A DNA stretch of 64,000 nt, from positions 8,556,001 to 8,620,000 of the forward strand of contig OZ024766.1 of NCBI GenBank assembly GCA_964016885.1, in the 5' to 3' direction. Positions 26,501-39,299 of the stretch are shown here, in pieces. A program made the position numbers and the translations under genes. Within the stretch, counting starts at the first letter, position 1. Each line of letters begins with the position of its first letter. The notes below the pieces were generated by a model. The model had not been told where the DNA came from. It did not search any database and was given only the letters and a program-made list of their open reading frames with translations. The DNA is from Eledone cirrhosa (taxonomy: Eukaryota).

Positions 26501-29500
26501 CTAATAGCAGTAGTGGTGGTGGTAGTAGTGTTGGTGGTAGTAGTAGTAGTGGTGGTAGTGGTGTTAGTAGTACTAATAGCAGTAGTGGTGGTGGTGGTAG
26601 TAGTACTAATAGCAATAGTGGTAGTAGTAGTAGTAGTAGTAGTAATAGTAGAGGTGGTGGTGGTAGTAGTACTTGTAGTAGTAGTACCCCTTCTAACAGA
26701 TACAATTAAGGTCCCTAATCTGTTCCTATAAACCCCCCCCCCCAATGAAAGGCCCTGATAAATACCCGAGGTAGTGATGACTTCTGGTGTTCTCGGCACC
26801 CAAGCCCCTACCCCAGATCACACCCCTACTTTACAGACATCGGGGTGGACATGGCTACCTAGCAGTAGTGACTTCTGGCATTCTTGACCCCTGGACCACA
26901 CCCCTACTTGCTGATATCAGGGTGGAGATGGTTACCCCACATGAGTGAGGTCAGGGTTCTTGGTACCCAGACCACACCCCTACTTGCTGATATCAGGGTG
27001 GAGATGGTTACCCCACAGGACTGAGGTCAGGGTTCTTGGTACCCAGACCACACCCCTACTTGCTGATATCAGGGTGGAGATGGTTACCCCACAGGAGTGA
27101 GCCCAGGGTTCTTGGTACCCAGACCACACCCCTACTTGCTGATATCAGGGTGGAGATGGTTACCCCACAGGAGTGAGCCCAGGGTTCTTGGTACCCAGAC
27201 CACACCCCTACTTGCTGATATCAGGGTGGAGATGGTTACCCCACAGGAGTGAGCCCAGGGTTCTTGGTACCCAGACCACACCCCTACTTGCTGATATCAG
27301 GGTGGAGATGGTTACCCCACAGGACTGAGGTCAGGGTTCTTGGTACCCAGACCACACCCCTACTTGCTGATATCAGGGTGGAGATGGTTACCCCACAGGA
27401 GTGAGGTCAGGGTTCTTGGTACCCAGACCACACCCCTACTTGCTGATATCAGGGTGGAGATGGTTACCCCACAGGAGTGAGCCCAGGGTTCTTGGTACCC
27501 AGACCACACCCCTACTTGCTGATATCAGGGTGGAGATGGTTACCCCACAGGACTGAGGTCAGGGTTCTTGGTACCCAGACCACACCCCTACTTGCTGATA
27601 TCAGGGTGGAGATGGTTACCCCCACAGGACTGAGGTCAGGGTTCTTGGTACCCAGACCACACCCCTACTTGCTGATATCAGGGTGGAGATGGTTACCCCA
27701 CAGGAGTGAGGTCAGGGTTCTTGGTACCCAGACCACACCCCTACTTGCTGATATCAGGGTGGAGATGGTTACCCCACAGGAGTGAGGTCAGGGTTCTTGG
27801 TACCCAGACCACACCCCTACTTGCTGATATCAGGGTGGAGATGGTTACCCCACAGGAGTGAGCCCAGGGTTCTTGGTACCCAGACCACACCCCTACTTGC
27901 TGATATCAGGGTGGAGATGGTTACCCCACAGGAGTGAGGTCAGGGTTCTTGGTACCCAGACCACACCCCTACTTGCTGATATCAGGGTGGAGATGGTTAC
28001 CCCACAGGAGTGAGCCCAGGGTTCTTGGTACCCAGACCACACCCCTACTTGCTGATATCAGGGTGGAGATGGTTACCCCACAGGAGTGAGGTCAGGGTTC
28101 TTGGTACCCAGACCACACCCCTACTTGCTGATATCAGGGTGGAGATGGTTACCCCCACAGGACTGAGGTCAGGGTTCTTGGTACCCAGACCACACCCCTA
28201 CTTGCTGATATCAGGGTGGAGATGGTTACCCCACAGGAGTGAGGTCAGGGTTCTTGGTACCCAGACCACACCCCTACTTGCTGATATCAGGGTGGAGATG
28301 GTTACCCCACAGGAGTGAGGTCAGGGTTCTTGGTACCCAGACCACACCCCTACTTGCTGATATCAGGGTGGAGATGGTTACCCCCACAGGACTGAGGTCA
28401 GGGTTCTTGGTACCCAGACCACACCCCTACTTGCTGATATCAGGGTGGAGATGGTTACCCCACAGGAGTGAGGTCAGGGTTCTTGGTACCCAGACCACAC
28501 CCCTACTTGCTGATATCAGGGTGGAGATGGTTACCCCACAGGAGTGAGCCCAGGGTTCTTGGTACCCAGACCACACCCCTACTTGCTGATATCAGGGTGG
28601 AGATGGTTACCCCACAGGAGTGAGGTCAGGGTTCTTGGTACCCAGACCACACCCCTACTTGCTGATATCAGGGTGGAGATGGTTACCCCACAGGACTGAG
28701 CCCAGGGTTCTTGGTACCCAGACAACACCCCTACTTGCTGATATCAGGGTGGAGATGGTTACCCCACAGGGGTGAGCCCAGGGTTCTTGGTACCCAGACC
28801 ACACCCCTACTTGCTGATATCAGGGTGGAGATGGTTACCCCACAGGAGTGAGGTCAGGGTTCTTGGTACCCAGACCACACCCCTACTTGCTGATATCAGG
28901 GTGGAGATGGTTACCCCACAGGAGTGAGCCCAGGGTTCTTGGTACCCAGACCACACGCCTACTTGCTGATATCAGGGTGGAGATGGTTACCCCCACATGA
29001 CTGAGCCCAGGGTTCTTGGTACCCAGACCACACCCCTACTTGCTGATATCAGGGTGGAGATGGTTACCCCACAGGACTGAGCCCAGGGTTCTTGGTACCC
29101 AGACCACACCCCTACTTGCTGATATCAGGGTGGAGATGGTTACCCCACAGGAGTGAGCCCAGGGTTCTTGGTACCCAGACCACACCCCTACTTGCTGATA
29201 TCAGGGTGGAGATGGTTACCCCACAGGACTGAGGTCAGGGTTCTTGGTACCCAGACCACACCCCTACTTGCTGATATCAGGGTGGAGATGGTTACCCCAC
29301 AGGAGTGAGCCCAGGGTTCTTGGTACCCAGACCACACCCCTACTTGCTGATATCAGGGTGGAGATGGTTACCCCACAGGACTGAGGTCAGGGTTCTTGGT
29401 ACCCAGACCACACCCCTACTTGCTGATATCAGGGTGGAGATGGTTACCCCACAGGAGTGAGGTCAGGGTTCTTGGTACCCAGACCACACCCCTACTTGCT

Positions 29501-32037
29501 GATATCAGGGTGGAGATGGTTACCCCACAGGACTGAGGTCAGGGTTCTTGGTACCCAGACCACACCCCTACTTGTTGATATCAGGGTGGAGATGGTTACC
29601 CCACAGGAGTGAGGTCAGGGTTCTTGGTACCCAGACCACACCCCTACTTGCTGATATCAGGGTGGAGATGGTTACCCCACAGGACTGAGGTCAGGGTTCT
29701 TGGTACCCAGACCACACCCCTACTTGTTGATATCAGGGTGGAGATGGTTACCCCACAGGAGTGAGGTCAGGGTTCTTGGTACCCAGACCACACCCCTACT
29801 TGCTGATATCAGGGTGGAGATGGTTACCCCACAGGACTGAGGTCAGGGTTCTTGGTACCCAGACCACACCCCTACTTGTTGATATCAGGGTGGAGATGGT
29901 CACCCCACAGGAGTGAGGTCAGGGTTCTTGGTACCCAGACCACACCCCTACTTGCTGATATCAGGGTGGAGATGGTTACCCCACAGGACTGAGGTCAGGG
30001 TTCTTGGTACCCAGACCACACCCCTACTTGCTGATATCAGGGTGGAGATGGTTACCCCACAGGAGTGAGGTCAGGGTTCTTGGTACCCAGACCACACCCC
30101 TACTTGCTGATATCAGGGTGGAGATGGTTACCCCACAGGACTGACCCCAGGGTTCTTGGTACCCAGACCACACCCCTACTTGCTGATATCAGGGTGGAGA
30201 TGGTTACCCCACAGGAGTGAGGTCAGGGTTCTTGGTACCCAGACCACACCCCTACTTGCTGATATCAGGGTGGAGATGGTTACCCCACAGGAGTGAGGTC
30301 AGGGTTCTTGGTACCCAGACCACACCCCTACTTGCTGATATCAGGGTGGAGATGGTTACCCCACAGGAGTGAGCCCAGGGTTCTTGGTACCCAGACCACA
30401 CCCCTACTTGCTGATATCAGGGTGGAGATGGTTACCCCACAGGAGTGAGGTCAGGGTTCTTGGTACCCAGACCACACCCCTACTTGCTGATATCAGGGTG
30501 GAGATGGTTACCCCACAGGAGTGAGGTCAGGGTTCTTGGTACCCAGACCACACCCCTACTTGCTGATATCAGGGTGGAGATGGTTACCCCACAGGAGTGA
30601 GCCCAGGGTTCTTGGTACCCAGACCACACCCCTACTTGCTGATATCAGGGTGGAGATGGTTACCCCACAGGAGTGAGGTCAGGGTTCTTGGTACCCAGAC
30701 CACACCCCTACTTGCTGATATCAGGGTGGAGATGGTTACCCCACAGGAGTGAGCCCAGGGTTCTTGGTACCCAGACCACACCCCTACTTGCTGATATCAG
30801 GGTGGAGATGGTTACCCCACAGGAGTGAGGTCAGGGTTCTTGGTACCCAGACCACACCCCTACTTGCTGATATCAGGGTGGAGATGGTTACCCCACAGGA
30901 GTGAGGTCAGGGTTCTTGGTACCCAGACCACACCCCTACTTGCTGATATCAGGGTGGAGATGGTTACCCCACAGGAGTGAGGTCAGGGTTCTTGGTACCC
31001 AGACCACACCCCTACTTGCTGATATCAGGGTGGAGATGGTTACCCCACAGGAGTGAGGTCAGGGTTCTTGGTACCCAGACCACACCCCTACTTGCTGATA
31101 TCAGGGTGGAGATGGTTACCCCACAGGACTGAGCCCAGGGTTCTTGGTACCCAGACCACACCCCTACTTGCTGATATCAGGGTGGAGATGGTTACCCCAC
31201 AGGAGTGAGGTCAGGGTTCTTGGTACCCAGGCCACACCCCTACTTGCTGATATCAGTGTGGAGATGGTTACCCCACAGGAGTGAGGTCAGGGTTCTTGGT
31301 ACCCAGACCACACCCCTACTTGCTGATATCAGGGTGGAGATGGTTACCCCACAGGAGTGAGGTCAGGGTTCTTGGTACCCAGGCCACACCCCTACTTGCT
31401 GATATCAGGGTGGAGATGGTTACCCCACAGGAGTGAGGTCAGGGTTCTTGGTACCCAGACCACACCCCTACTTGCTGATATCAGTGTGGAGATGGTTACC
31501 CCACAGGAGTGAGGTCAGGGTTCTTGGTACCCAGACCACACCCCTACTTGCTGATATCAGGGTGGAGATGGTTACCCCACAGGAGTGAGGTCAGGGTTCT
31601 TGGTACCCAGGCCACACCCCTACTTGCTGATATCAGGGTGGAGATGGTTACCCCACAGGAGTGAGGTCAGGGTTCTTGGTACCCAGACCACACCCCTACT
31701 TGCTGATATCAGGGTGGAGATGGTTACCCCACAGGGGTGAGCCCAGGGTTCTTGGTACCCAGACCACACCCCTACTTGCTGATATCAGTGTGGAGATAGC
31801 TACCCCACAGGATGAGTCCAGGATCCTTGTTAAAACTACACCAGTAGAGACTTCTGGCATTCTTGGCCCCCAGAGCACATCCTTACTTGCCGATATCGGG
31901 ATGGAGATGGTCACGCCTCAGGGGTGAGCTCCACAAAGTGGGCTGGTTTCTTGCCAGGGGTCATTAGAAGGGAAAACAGATGTAAATGGATGATGGTTAA
32001 AACACTTACCTTGCTCATTTTTCACGAGAGTTGAATA
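14340..32037 (-). CDS. WDR61: WD repeat protein 61 (Ski8), spliced gene; initiator exon not located
   Basis: Ten GT-AG exons (32010-32037, 25236-25341, 24104-24189, 23551-23637, 22718-22866, 19496-19589, 18295-18388, 17726-17818, 15552-15630, 14340-14429) join in phase to [21 protein letters not shown]...[12 protein letters not shown]...[17 protein letters not shown]...[19 protein letters not shown]...IHIYDCPL*, colinear with WDR61 as I recall it. Confidence 0.96.
14622..15502 (+). mobile_element. piggyBac-type MITE, left end lost, with 72/60-bp array
   Basis: Same internal unit and right-hand body as the other copies. Confidence 0.75.
15552..15630 (-). CDS. WDR61: WDR61 exon ([26 protein letters not shown])
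   Basis: cacag/gtaagt, phase 2 to 0. Confidence 0.96.
15680..16270 (+). mobile_element. RTE-type LINE RT C-terminal fragment (family 1)
   Basis: [11 protein letters not shown]...FLYLGAKI...[10 protein letters not shown]. Confidence 0.9.
16322..16659 (-). mobile_element. tRNA-derived SINE family A
   Basis: Near-identical to 12990-13335 in reverse orientation. Confidence 0.85.
16680..17697. mobile_element. RTE-type LINE family 2 fragments with 130-bp tandem expansion
   Basis: Plus-strand RWMCNV...RRLSWYGHV; minus-strand [12 protein letters not shown] and GSETWAAT; five ~130-bp units at 16984-17645. Confidence 0.8.
17726..17818 (-). CDS. WDR61: WDR61 exon ([30 protein letters not shown])
   Basis: tacag/gtaagc, phase 2 to 2. 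Confidence 0.96.
18295..18388 (-). CDS. WDR61: WDR61 exon ([32 protein letters not shown])
   Basis: gacag/gtaagt, phase 1 to 2. Confidence 0.96.
19496..19589 (-). CDS. WDR61: WDR61 exon ([20 protein letters not shown]...LHTLE)
   Basis: tgcag/gtaagc, phase 0 to 1. Confidence 0.96.
19713..22617. repeat. 48-bp SINE-derived minisatellite (also 57090-57735, opposite strand)
   Basis: Unit AAAAGCACCCAGTCCACACTGTAAAGTGGTCATGTAGGTGTCACAGCT resembles the SINE A core AAAAGCACCCAGCACTCACTGTAAA. Confidence 0.95.
22718..22866 (-). CDS. WDR61: WDR61 exon ([11 protein letters not shown]...GKFVLSLAY)
   Basis: tacag/gtaagt, phase 1 to 0. Confidence 0.96.
23551..23637 (-). CDS. WDR61: WDR61 exon ([28 protein letters not shown])
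   Basis: ttcag/gtatat, phase 1 to 1. Confidence 0.95.
23690..24065. repeat. Degenerate repeat of TTAACCCTTTAG...
   Basis: Motif equals the TTAA + terminus of the local piggyBac MITE. Confidence 0.75.
24104..24189 (-). CDS. WDR61: WDR61 exon ([28 protein letters not shown])
   Basis: gtag/gtatcc, phase 2 to 1. Confidence 0.93.
24330..25235. repeat. 33-bp minisatellite abutting a WDR61 donor site
   Basis: Unit CAACAAAGGGCAGATAACTACAAGAGTAGTCAG. Confidence 0.92.
25236..25341 (-). CDS. WDR61: WDR61 exon ([12 protein letters not shown]...VKIWSW)
   Basis: ccag/gtaagt, phase 1 to 2. Confidence 0.95.
25350..26686. repeat. Cryptic (GTA/GTG)n trinucleotide array with higher-order blocks
   Basis: Direct inspection. 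Confidence 0.92.
26880..31810. repeat. 76-bp minisatellite, ~65 highly homogeneous copies
   Basis: Unit GTTCTTGGTACCCAGACCACACCCCTACTTGCTGATATCAGGGTGGAGATGGTTACCCCACAGGAGTGAGGTCAGG. Confidence 0.96.
32010..32037 (-). CDS. WDR61: WDR61 exon (YSTLVKNEQ)
   Basis: ttgcag acceptor, gtaagt donor, phase 0 to 1; corresponds to YGILFKQEQ. Confidence 0.85.
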
Positions 32038-32056
32038 CTGCAAATTTAAACATAAG

Positions 32057-32120
<64 letters not shown>

Positions 32121-32122
<2 letters not shown>

Positions 32123-32149
32123 TAGCAGAGGTACCCGGCGTTGCTCGGG
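32121..32149 (-). mobile_element. Helitron-like 3' terminus
   Basis: Minus strand reads CCCGAGCAACGCCGGG hairpin, 8 nt, then CTAG|T. Confidence 0.55.
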
Positions 32150-32188
32150 CATTAAATAGCAGTTATGTATACCATTTATATCAATAAC

Positions 32189-32219
<31 letters not shown>

Positions 32220-32264
32220 CATGTGTGTATATCTGTAGATATATATGGATATATGGATGTGTAA

Positions 32265-34887
32265 TGTCAATGTGCGTTAACGACCAAGCATAGAGGAGTT
32301 GAGAGAGAAATTGTGTTTAAGAGGGATAAGTTGTAGTGTGCGAGAGAGGAGACTGAGGTGGTATGGACATGTGATGTGTTGAGAGAGAAACTGTGTCTGA
32401 GAGGGATAGAATGTAGTGTGCGAGAGAGGAGACTGAGGTGGTATGGACATGTGATGTGTTGAGAGAGAAACTGTGTCTGAGAGGGGTAGAATGTAGTGTA
32501 CGAGAGAGGAGACTGAGGTGGTATGGACATGTGATGTGTTGAGAGAGAAACTGTGTCTGAGATGGATAGAATGTAGTGTGCGAGAGGGGAGACTGAGGTG
32601 GTATGGACATGTGATGTGTTGAGAGAGAAACTGTGTCTGAGAGGGATAGAATGTAGTGTGCGAGAGAGGAGACTGAGGTGGTATGGACATGTGATGTGTT
32701 GAGAGAGAAACTGTGTCTGAGAGGGATAGAATGTAGTGTGCGAGAGAGGAGACTGAGGTGGTATGGACATGTGATGTGTTGAGAGAGAAACTGTGTCTGA
32801 GAGGGATAGAATGTAGTGTGCGAGAGAGGAGACTGAGATGGTATGGACATGTGATGTGTTGAGAGAGAAACTGTGTCTGAGAGGGATAGAATGTAGTGTG
32901 CGAGAGAGGAGACTGAGATGGTATGGACATGTGATGTGTTGAGAGAGAAACTGTGTCTGAGAGGGCTAGAATGTAGTGTGCGAGAGAGGAGACTGAGATG
33001 GTATGGACATGTGATGTGTTGAGAGAGAAACTGTGTCTGAGAGGGATAGAATGTAGTGTGCGAGAGAGGAGACTGAGGTGGTATGGACATGTGATGTGTT
33101 GAGAGAGAAACTGTGTCTGAGAGGGATAGAATGTAGTGTGCGAGAGATGAGACTGAGATGGTATGGACATGTGATGTGTTGAGAGAGAAACTGTGTCTGA
33201 GAGGGATAGAATGTAGTGTGCGAGAGAGGAGACTGAGGTGGTATGGACATGTGATGTGTTGAGAGAGAAACTGTGTCTGAGAGGGATAGAATGTAGTGTG
33301 CGAGAGAGGAGACTGAGATGGTATGGACATGTGATGTGTTGAGAGAGAAACTGTGTCTGAGAGGGATAGAATGTAGTGTGCAAGAGAGGAGACTGAGATG
33401 GTATGGACATGTGATGTGTTGAGAGAGAAACTGTGTCTGAGAGGGATAGAATGTAGTGTGCGAGAGAGGAGACTGAGATGGTATGGACATGTGATGTGTT
33501 GAGAGAGAAACTGTGTCTGAGAGGGATAGAATGTAGTGTGCGAGAGAGGAGACTGAGGTGGTATGGACATGTGATGTGTTGAGAGAGAAACTGTGTCTGA
33601 GAGGGATAGAATGTAGTGTGCGAGAGGAGACTGAGATGGTATGGACATGTGATGTGTTGAGAGAGAAACTGTGTCTGAGAGGGATAGAATGTAGTGTGCG
33701 AGAGAGGAGACTGAGATGGTATGGACATGTGATGTGTTGAGAGAGAAACTGTGTCCGAGAGGGATAGAATGTAGTGTGCGAGAGAGGAGACTGAGGTGGT
33801 ATGGACATGTGATGTGTTGAGAGAGAAACTGTCTGAGAGGGATAGAATGTAGTGTACGGGAGAGGAGACTGAGGTGGTATGGACATGTGATGTGTTGAGA
33901 GAGAAACTGTGTCTGAGAGGGATAGAATGTAGTGTGCGAGAGAGGAGACTGAGGTGGTATGGACATGTGATGTGTTGAGAGAGAAACTGTGTCTGAGAGG
34001 GATAGAATGTAGTGTGCGAGAGAGGAGACTGAGGTGGTATGGACATGTGATGTGTTGAGAGAGAAACTGTGTCTGAGAGGGATAGAATGTAGTGTGCGAG
34101 AGAGGAGACTGAGATGGTATGGACATGTGATGTGTTGAGAGAGAAACTGTGTCTGAGAGGGATAGAATGTAGTGTGCGAGAGAGGAGACTGAGATGGTAT
34201 GCACATGTGATGTGTTGAGAGAGAAACTGTGTCTGAGAGGGATAGAATGTAGTGTGCGAGAGGGGAGACTGAGGTGGTATGGACATGTGATGTATTGAGA
34301 GAGAAACTGTGTCTGAGAGGGATAGAATGTAGTGTGCGAGAGAGGAGACTGAGGTGGTATGGACATGTGATGTGTTGAGAGAGAAACTGTCTGAGAGGGA
34401 TAGAATGTAGTGTACGGGAGAGGAGACTGAGGTGGTATGGACATGTGATGTGTTGAGAGAGAAACTGTGTCTGAGAGGGATAGAATGTAGTGTGCGAGAG
34501 AGGAGACTGAGGTGGTATGGACATGTGATGTGTTGAGATAGAAACTGTGTCTGAGAGGGATAGAATGTAGTGTGCGAGAGAGGAGACTGAGGTGGTATGG
34601 ACATGTGATGTGTTGGGAGAGAAACTGTGTCTGAGAGGGATAGAATGTAGTGTACGGGAGAGGAGACTGAGGTGGTATGGACATGTGATGCGCATGGAGG
34701 ATGACCGATGGGTGAAGAAGGGCCAGGAAATGCCAATAGAAGGAAGACGTGGTAGAGGTAGACCACGAAAAACATGGGCGGCGGTGGTGAGAACAGACCT
34801 CAGATTGCTGAAGCTCACGGTGGAGATGACGAGGGACCGTGACAAGTGGAGAGATGCAGGGAAAAGCAGACGTAAAATGATGATGAT
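32265..34887 (+). mobile_element. RTE-type LINE family 2 3' end with ~30 copies of an internal 80-bp unit
   Basis: Unit encodes LREKLCLRGIECSVRERRLRWYGHV; resumes MEDDRWVKK...[10 protein letters not shown] and ends in (TGA)n. Confidence 0.88.
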
Positions 34888-35160
34888 GTGTGTGTATATA
34901 ATATATGTAGATGTTAAAAGGAAGAAGGAAAACAGTGCTCCATCGAGAAGAAAGCAGAGATATTATATTATTTATTTACGTTCATACATGAAACAAAAGT
35001 GTTACCCAAGCTTTCAGGACCATACCTCCAAAATACAAAAAAGAAAGGTCACTATTTTAAAATAGTGACCTTTCTGGAGGTCTAGTCAAATTTGTGGCCC
35101 TTCAAACCCTGAATAGTGCTTTTGTTCTGTGTTGAACATAAAATGAAGTGTCTTGTTTAA

Positions 35161-36218
35161 CCCTTTAGCATTTAAACCAGCCATATCTGGCCAGAATTCT
35201 CTCACCTTTCTGTTCAAACTGGCCATAACTGGCTACTCATACTAATGTTAAGGTATTGTTCTCAAAATAAATATCAAAATCTCATAGATTCGATATTATG
35301 TGAGGTACAGACTTTACCATGAAAATACACTAGTATATATAGAGTAATGTAAATGTTATGTGAGATATTATGTGAGGTAAAGCCTTTACTGTGAAAATAC
35401 AATAGTATATATAGAGTAATGTAAATGTTATGTGAGATATTATGTGAGGTAAAGCCTTTACTGTGAAAATACAATAGTATATATAGAGTAATGTAAATGT
35501 TATGTGAGGTATTATGTGAGGTAAAGCCTTTACTGTGAAAATACAATAGTATATATAGAGTAATGTAAATGTTATGTGAGATATTATGTGAGGTAAAGCC
35601 TTTACTGTGAAAATACAATAGTATATATAGAGTAATGTAAATGTTATGTGAGATATTATGTGAGGTAAAGTCTTTACTGTGAAAATACAATAGTATATAT
35701 AGAGTTATGTAAATGTTATGTGAGATATTATGTGAGGTAAAGCCTTTACTGTGAAAATACACTAGTATATATAGAGTAATGTAAATGTAATGTGAGGTAT
35801 TATGTGAGGTAAAGCCTTTACTGTGACAATACAATAGTATATATAAAGTAATGTAAATGTTATGTGAGGTATTATGTGAGGTAAAGCCTTTACTGTGAAA
35901 ATACAATAGTATATATAGAGTAATGTAAATGTTATGTGAGATATTATGTGAGGTAAAGCCTTTACTGTGAAAATACAATAGTATATATAGAGTAATGTAA
36001 ATGTTATGTGAGGTATTATGTGAGGTAAAGCCTTTACTGTGACAATACAATAGTATATATAGAGTAATGTAAATGTTATGTGAGATATTATGTGAGGTAA
36101 AGCCTTTACTGTGAAAATACAATAGTATATATAGAGTAATGCGAGATATTATGTGAGGTAAAGCCTTTACTGTGAAAATACAATAGTATATATATAGAGT
36201 AATGTAAATGCTAAAGGG
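35161..36218 (-). mobile_element. piggyBac-type MITE with internal 72-bp tandem array
   Basis: TTAA|CCCTTTAGCATTTA...TAAATGCTAAAGGG|TTAA. Confidence 0.88.
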
Positions 36219-36593
36219 TTAAAGACACAACACATCATCTGGTCCAAGACTCGAACTCACAACCTCTCAATTGAAAGCCTGGCACTTTAACCACTAAGCC
36301 ATACACGTTTACTACAACAACAACAACAATACACAATAATAATTTTCTCATTTTGACACAAGGCCAACAATTTTATCAACTCCAGTGTATTACTGGTACT
36401 TTATTTTATCAACCCCGTAAGGCAAAGCTAACCTTGGCGGAATTTGAACTCAGAACGTAAAGGGACATAACTCTGTGCTGCAAAGCATGGCGTCTGACGC
36501 TCTACCAATTACTGCCAAAACAACAACAACAACAACAATAAAGAAACCTGAAAACCAAAATTCTAGAAAATTCTCTTTATTAATGGACAAATT

Positions 36594-36896
36594 AGAGGCA
36601 AGTATGACCCGAGTGAATGGGCCTACTCTGAGTATGTGCCTGTAAATTAAAGGTGGAAAACTGGGAGAGGGTACTTGCCCTGGTGGTCAGGGCCAACGTG
36701 GCTTTTTTAATGGGCTTTCTCCACGAATGTCCCTTGGCAGTCTCCCCTTTTTTGGGGAATTTTTCATTGTCTCTTTTTTGTTATATCCTGTTTTTTTGTG
36801 GGTTTTTTTTTTACACGCAGAAATGTCCATTTGTACCGTCCTGTACTGTCCTTAATGTCTTACTTTGTGTAAACCCTTGTGGTTAATAAAGAAAGC
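36594..36896 (+). mobile_element. 5'-truncated non-LTR retroposon (Tx1/L1-like 3' end) with TSD
   Basis: Ends AATAAAGAAA; flanked by near-identical ATTAATGGACAAATT / ATTAATAGACAAATT. Confidence 0.55.
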
Positions 36897-38019
36897 ATTA
36901 ATAGACAAATTATTATTATTATTATTATTTTTATTTTTATTAAAGTTTATGATACAGTTTGATTAATTCAGTAACAAAGTCTTAATTAATGAGTGAAGAC
37001 TTCATTGAGACAAATAAATGTCTTAAGACATTGACGACCGTCTATGATCAAATATATGACGAAGAGTTTTGGCCATTTCTCAGACAAAAAATTGTGGGGT
37101 CACCTTCTATGTAAGTATATAAGGTATGTCTTAAGAAACTAACGCGATCTTAAGACCCCGACTAGGTCTTAGGATGCTAAAACATCATAAGATACTAACA
37201 GGATCTTAAGACGCGACTACGTCTTATGATGCCAAAACAGCTTACTATGCCAAATCAACCTCTTCCGATCCTAACAAGATCTTACGACCCCGACTAGGCG
37301 ATATGATGCCAACTAGGTCTTAGGTCGCCAAAATATCTTAAGATGCTAACAAGATCTTAAGATGCCAACTAAGTCTTAGGATGCCAAAACAACATCTTAA
37401 GATGCTAATAAGATCTTAAGACCCTGACGAGGTCTTAGGATACCAAAACAACACCTCAAGATGCCAAAACGACATCTTAAGACGTTAAAGTTTTGATTAA
37501 ATCACTCATGAAATTTTCAAGACCCTAACGAGGTCTCAGGACCCTAATGAGGTATTTATATACTACAACACAGTTCTCAACACTACAGCACATGTGCACA
37601 GGTGTGGAGAAAGTGAGAAAAACAAAAAAATATATACAGGTAGTTTAATTAATATTTTACAGGTGAACAGGTGTGTATATAAAAGAAAAAAAAATATATA
37701 TACATTAAGAAATTTACAGTTCACACCTATATAGGTTTAGCTGGTTTCTAAGGTGTTTTGATGAAAAGGGGTCCCCATACATACACACACACAAATTTTC
37801 ATGACAAATTTTTTTTATACCCTGTGAATCCGTGAATTTCGTTATAACAAAATTTCACTGTGTGTGTGTGTGTGTGTGTATACACACATCGTTACATGTA
37901 AATGTTTGTGAGTTCCTATATATATTTACAAATACACAAACACTAAGTTGTACAATTTTTACACTTTTTGTTGCTGTTGTTGTTGCATTTATATTAGTAT
38001 ATGTATCTACAAATTTAGA

Positions 38020-38990
38020 GATTTTCACCCCCCACACTCACAACGCTTGGTGCTATCAAGTTCAGCTAGGTATCTAACATCCGTGGACATGCTTACAAAA
38101 TCAGAAAACGGCATAGCTCCCGTGACTTTCGAAAACTTTGGATACATCAAGGCTCCGACGTCTGGCAACTGACTTGGTAAACACTCACAAAATTATTAAC
38201 CATCTTGCCAACAATAACCCTGAGCACCTTTTTGAATTCCATATGTCTAACACATGTGGACATGCCTACAAAGTCAGAAAACAGCACAGCTCTCATGACT
38301 TTTGGAAACATGTTTTCACGCTCAGAGTTGCTGAAGCATGGAACAAACTACCTGCATCAGTTGTTAGCTGTCGAGACACTGCATCCTTTAAAACCTCCAT
38401 GGAACAAACTACCAGCATCAGTTGTTAGCTGTCGAGACACTGCATCCTTTAAAACCTCCATGGAACAAACTACCTGCATCAGTTGTTAGCTGTCGAGACA
38501 CTGCATCCTTTAAAACCTCCATGGAACAAACTACCTGCATCAGTTGTTAGCTGTCGAGACACTGCATCCTTTAAAACCTCCATGGAACAAACTACCTGCA
38601 TCAGTTGTTAGCTGTCGAGACACTGCATCCTTTAAAACCTCCATGGAACAAACTACCTGCATCAGTTGTTAGCTGTCGAGACACTGCATCCTTTAAAACC
38701 TCCATGGAACAAACTACCTGCATCAGTTGTTAGCTGTCAAGACACTGCGTCCTTTAAAATCTCCATGGAACAAACTACCTCCTGCATCAGTTGTTAGCTG
38801 TCGAGACACTGCATCCTTTAAAACATCCATGCTTCCTGAAATTCGCCAACACTACACCTGATATTCCCCTTCCATACACTGTTCACTTTCCCGACATTTA
38901 TACATTATTCTATGTACTATACATGTACCTTTGATGAGTTGTAGTGCACCTGAGCATTGTACACAATTTTCATATCATTATCACTATCAT
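38020..38990 (+). mobile_element. CR1-like LINE 3' end with 61-bp tandem expansion
   Basis: RLRRLATDLVNTHKII...TCGHAYKV...FTLRVAEAWNKLPASVV...SFK, typical CR1 C-terminus. Confidence 0.82.
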
Positions 38991-39299
38991 TAAACTTAAA
39001 CATACAAAAAAGCCACACTACTGCCTTCAATAGAGATTGAATCGTGTCAGATCTCCAGTTTTTTAACCATTTATACAAATAACTGTTTGGCATGAGGCCA
39101 GTAGCTTGATGGGGAGGGGAAAGTCGATTAAATCAACGCCAGTGTGTTACTGGTACTTAATTTTATCAACCGTCCCTTCTGTAAAAATGACAAGCAAAGC
39201 TAACCACAGTGGGATTTAGACACTGCTATGCCTCAGTCTAAAATTTTTTTAAGACTTAACATCTGGTACCACATGAAACCACATTAGCAAGACATCCTT

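Noticed and set aside
25375-26799. Mucin-like poly-Thr and Gly/Ser-rich ORFs
   Set aside because: Trinucleotide microsatellite within a WDR61 intron.
26880-31810. CRISPR-like regular array
   Set aside because: No unique spacers, eukaryotic intron context, no cas genes.
32277-34845. 832- and 842-aa minus-strand ORFs
   Set aside because: Antisense translations of an 80-bp tandem array derived from an RTE LINE; open in all three frames because the unit lacks stops.
34980-34985. ATG AAC|gtaaat as the WDR61 start exon
   Set aside because: Weak donor, no acceptor or promoter context, and it lies in a repeat-like tail next to a palindrome; not excluded formally.
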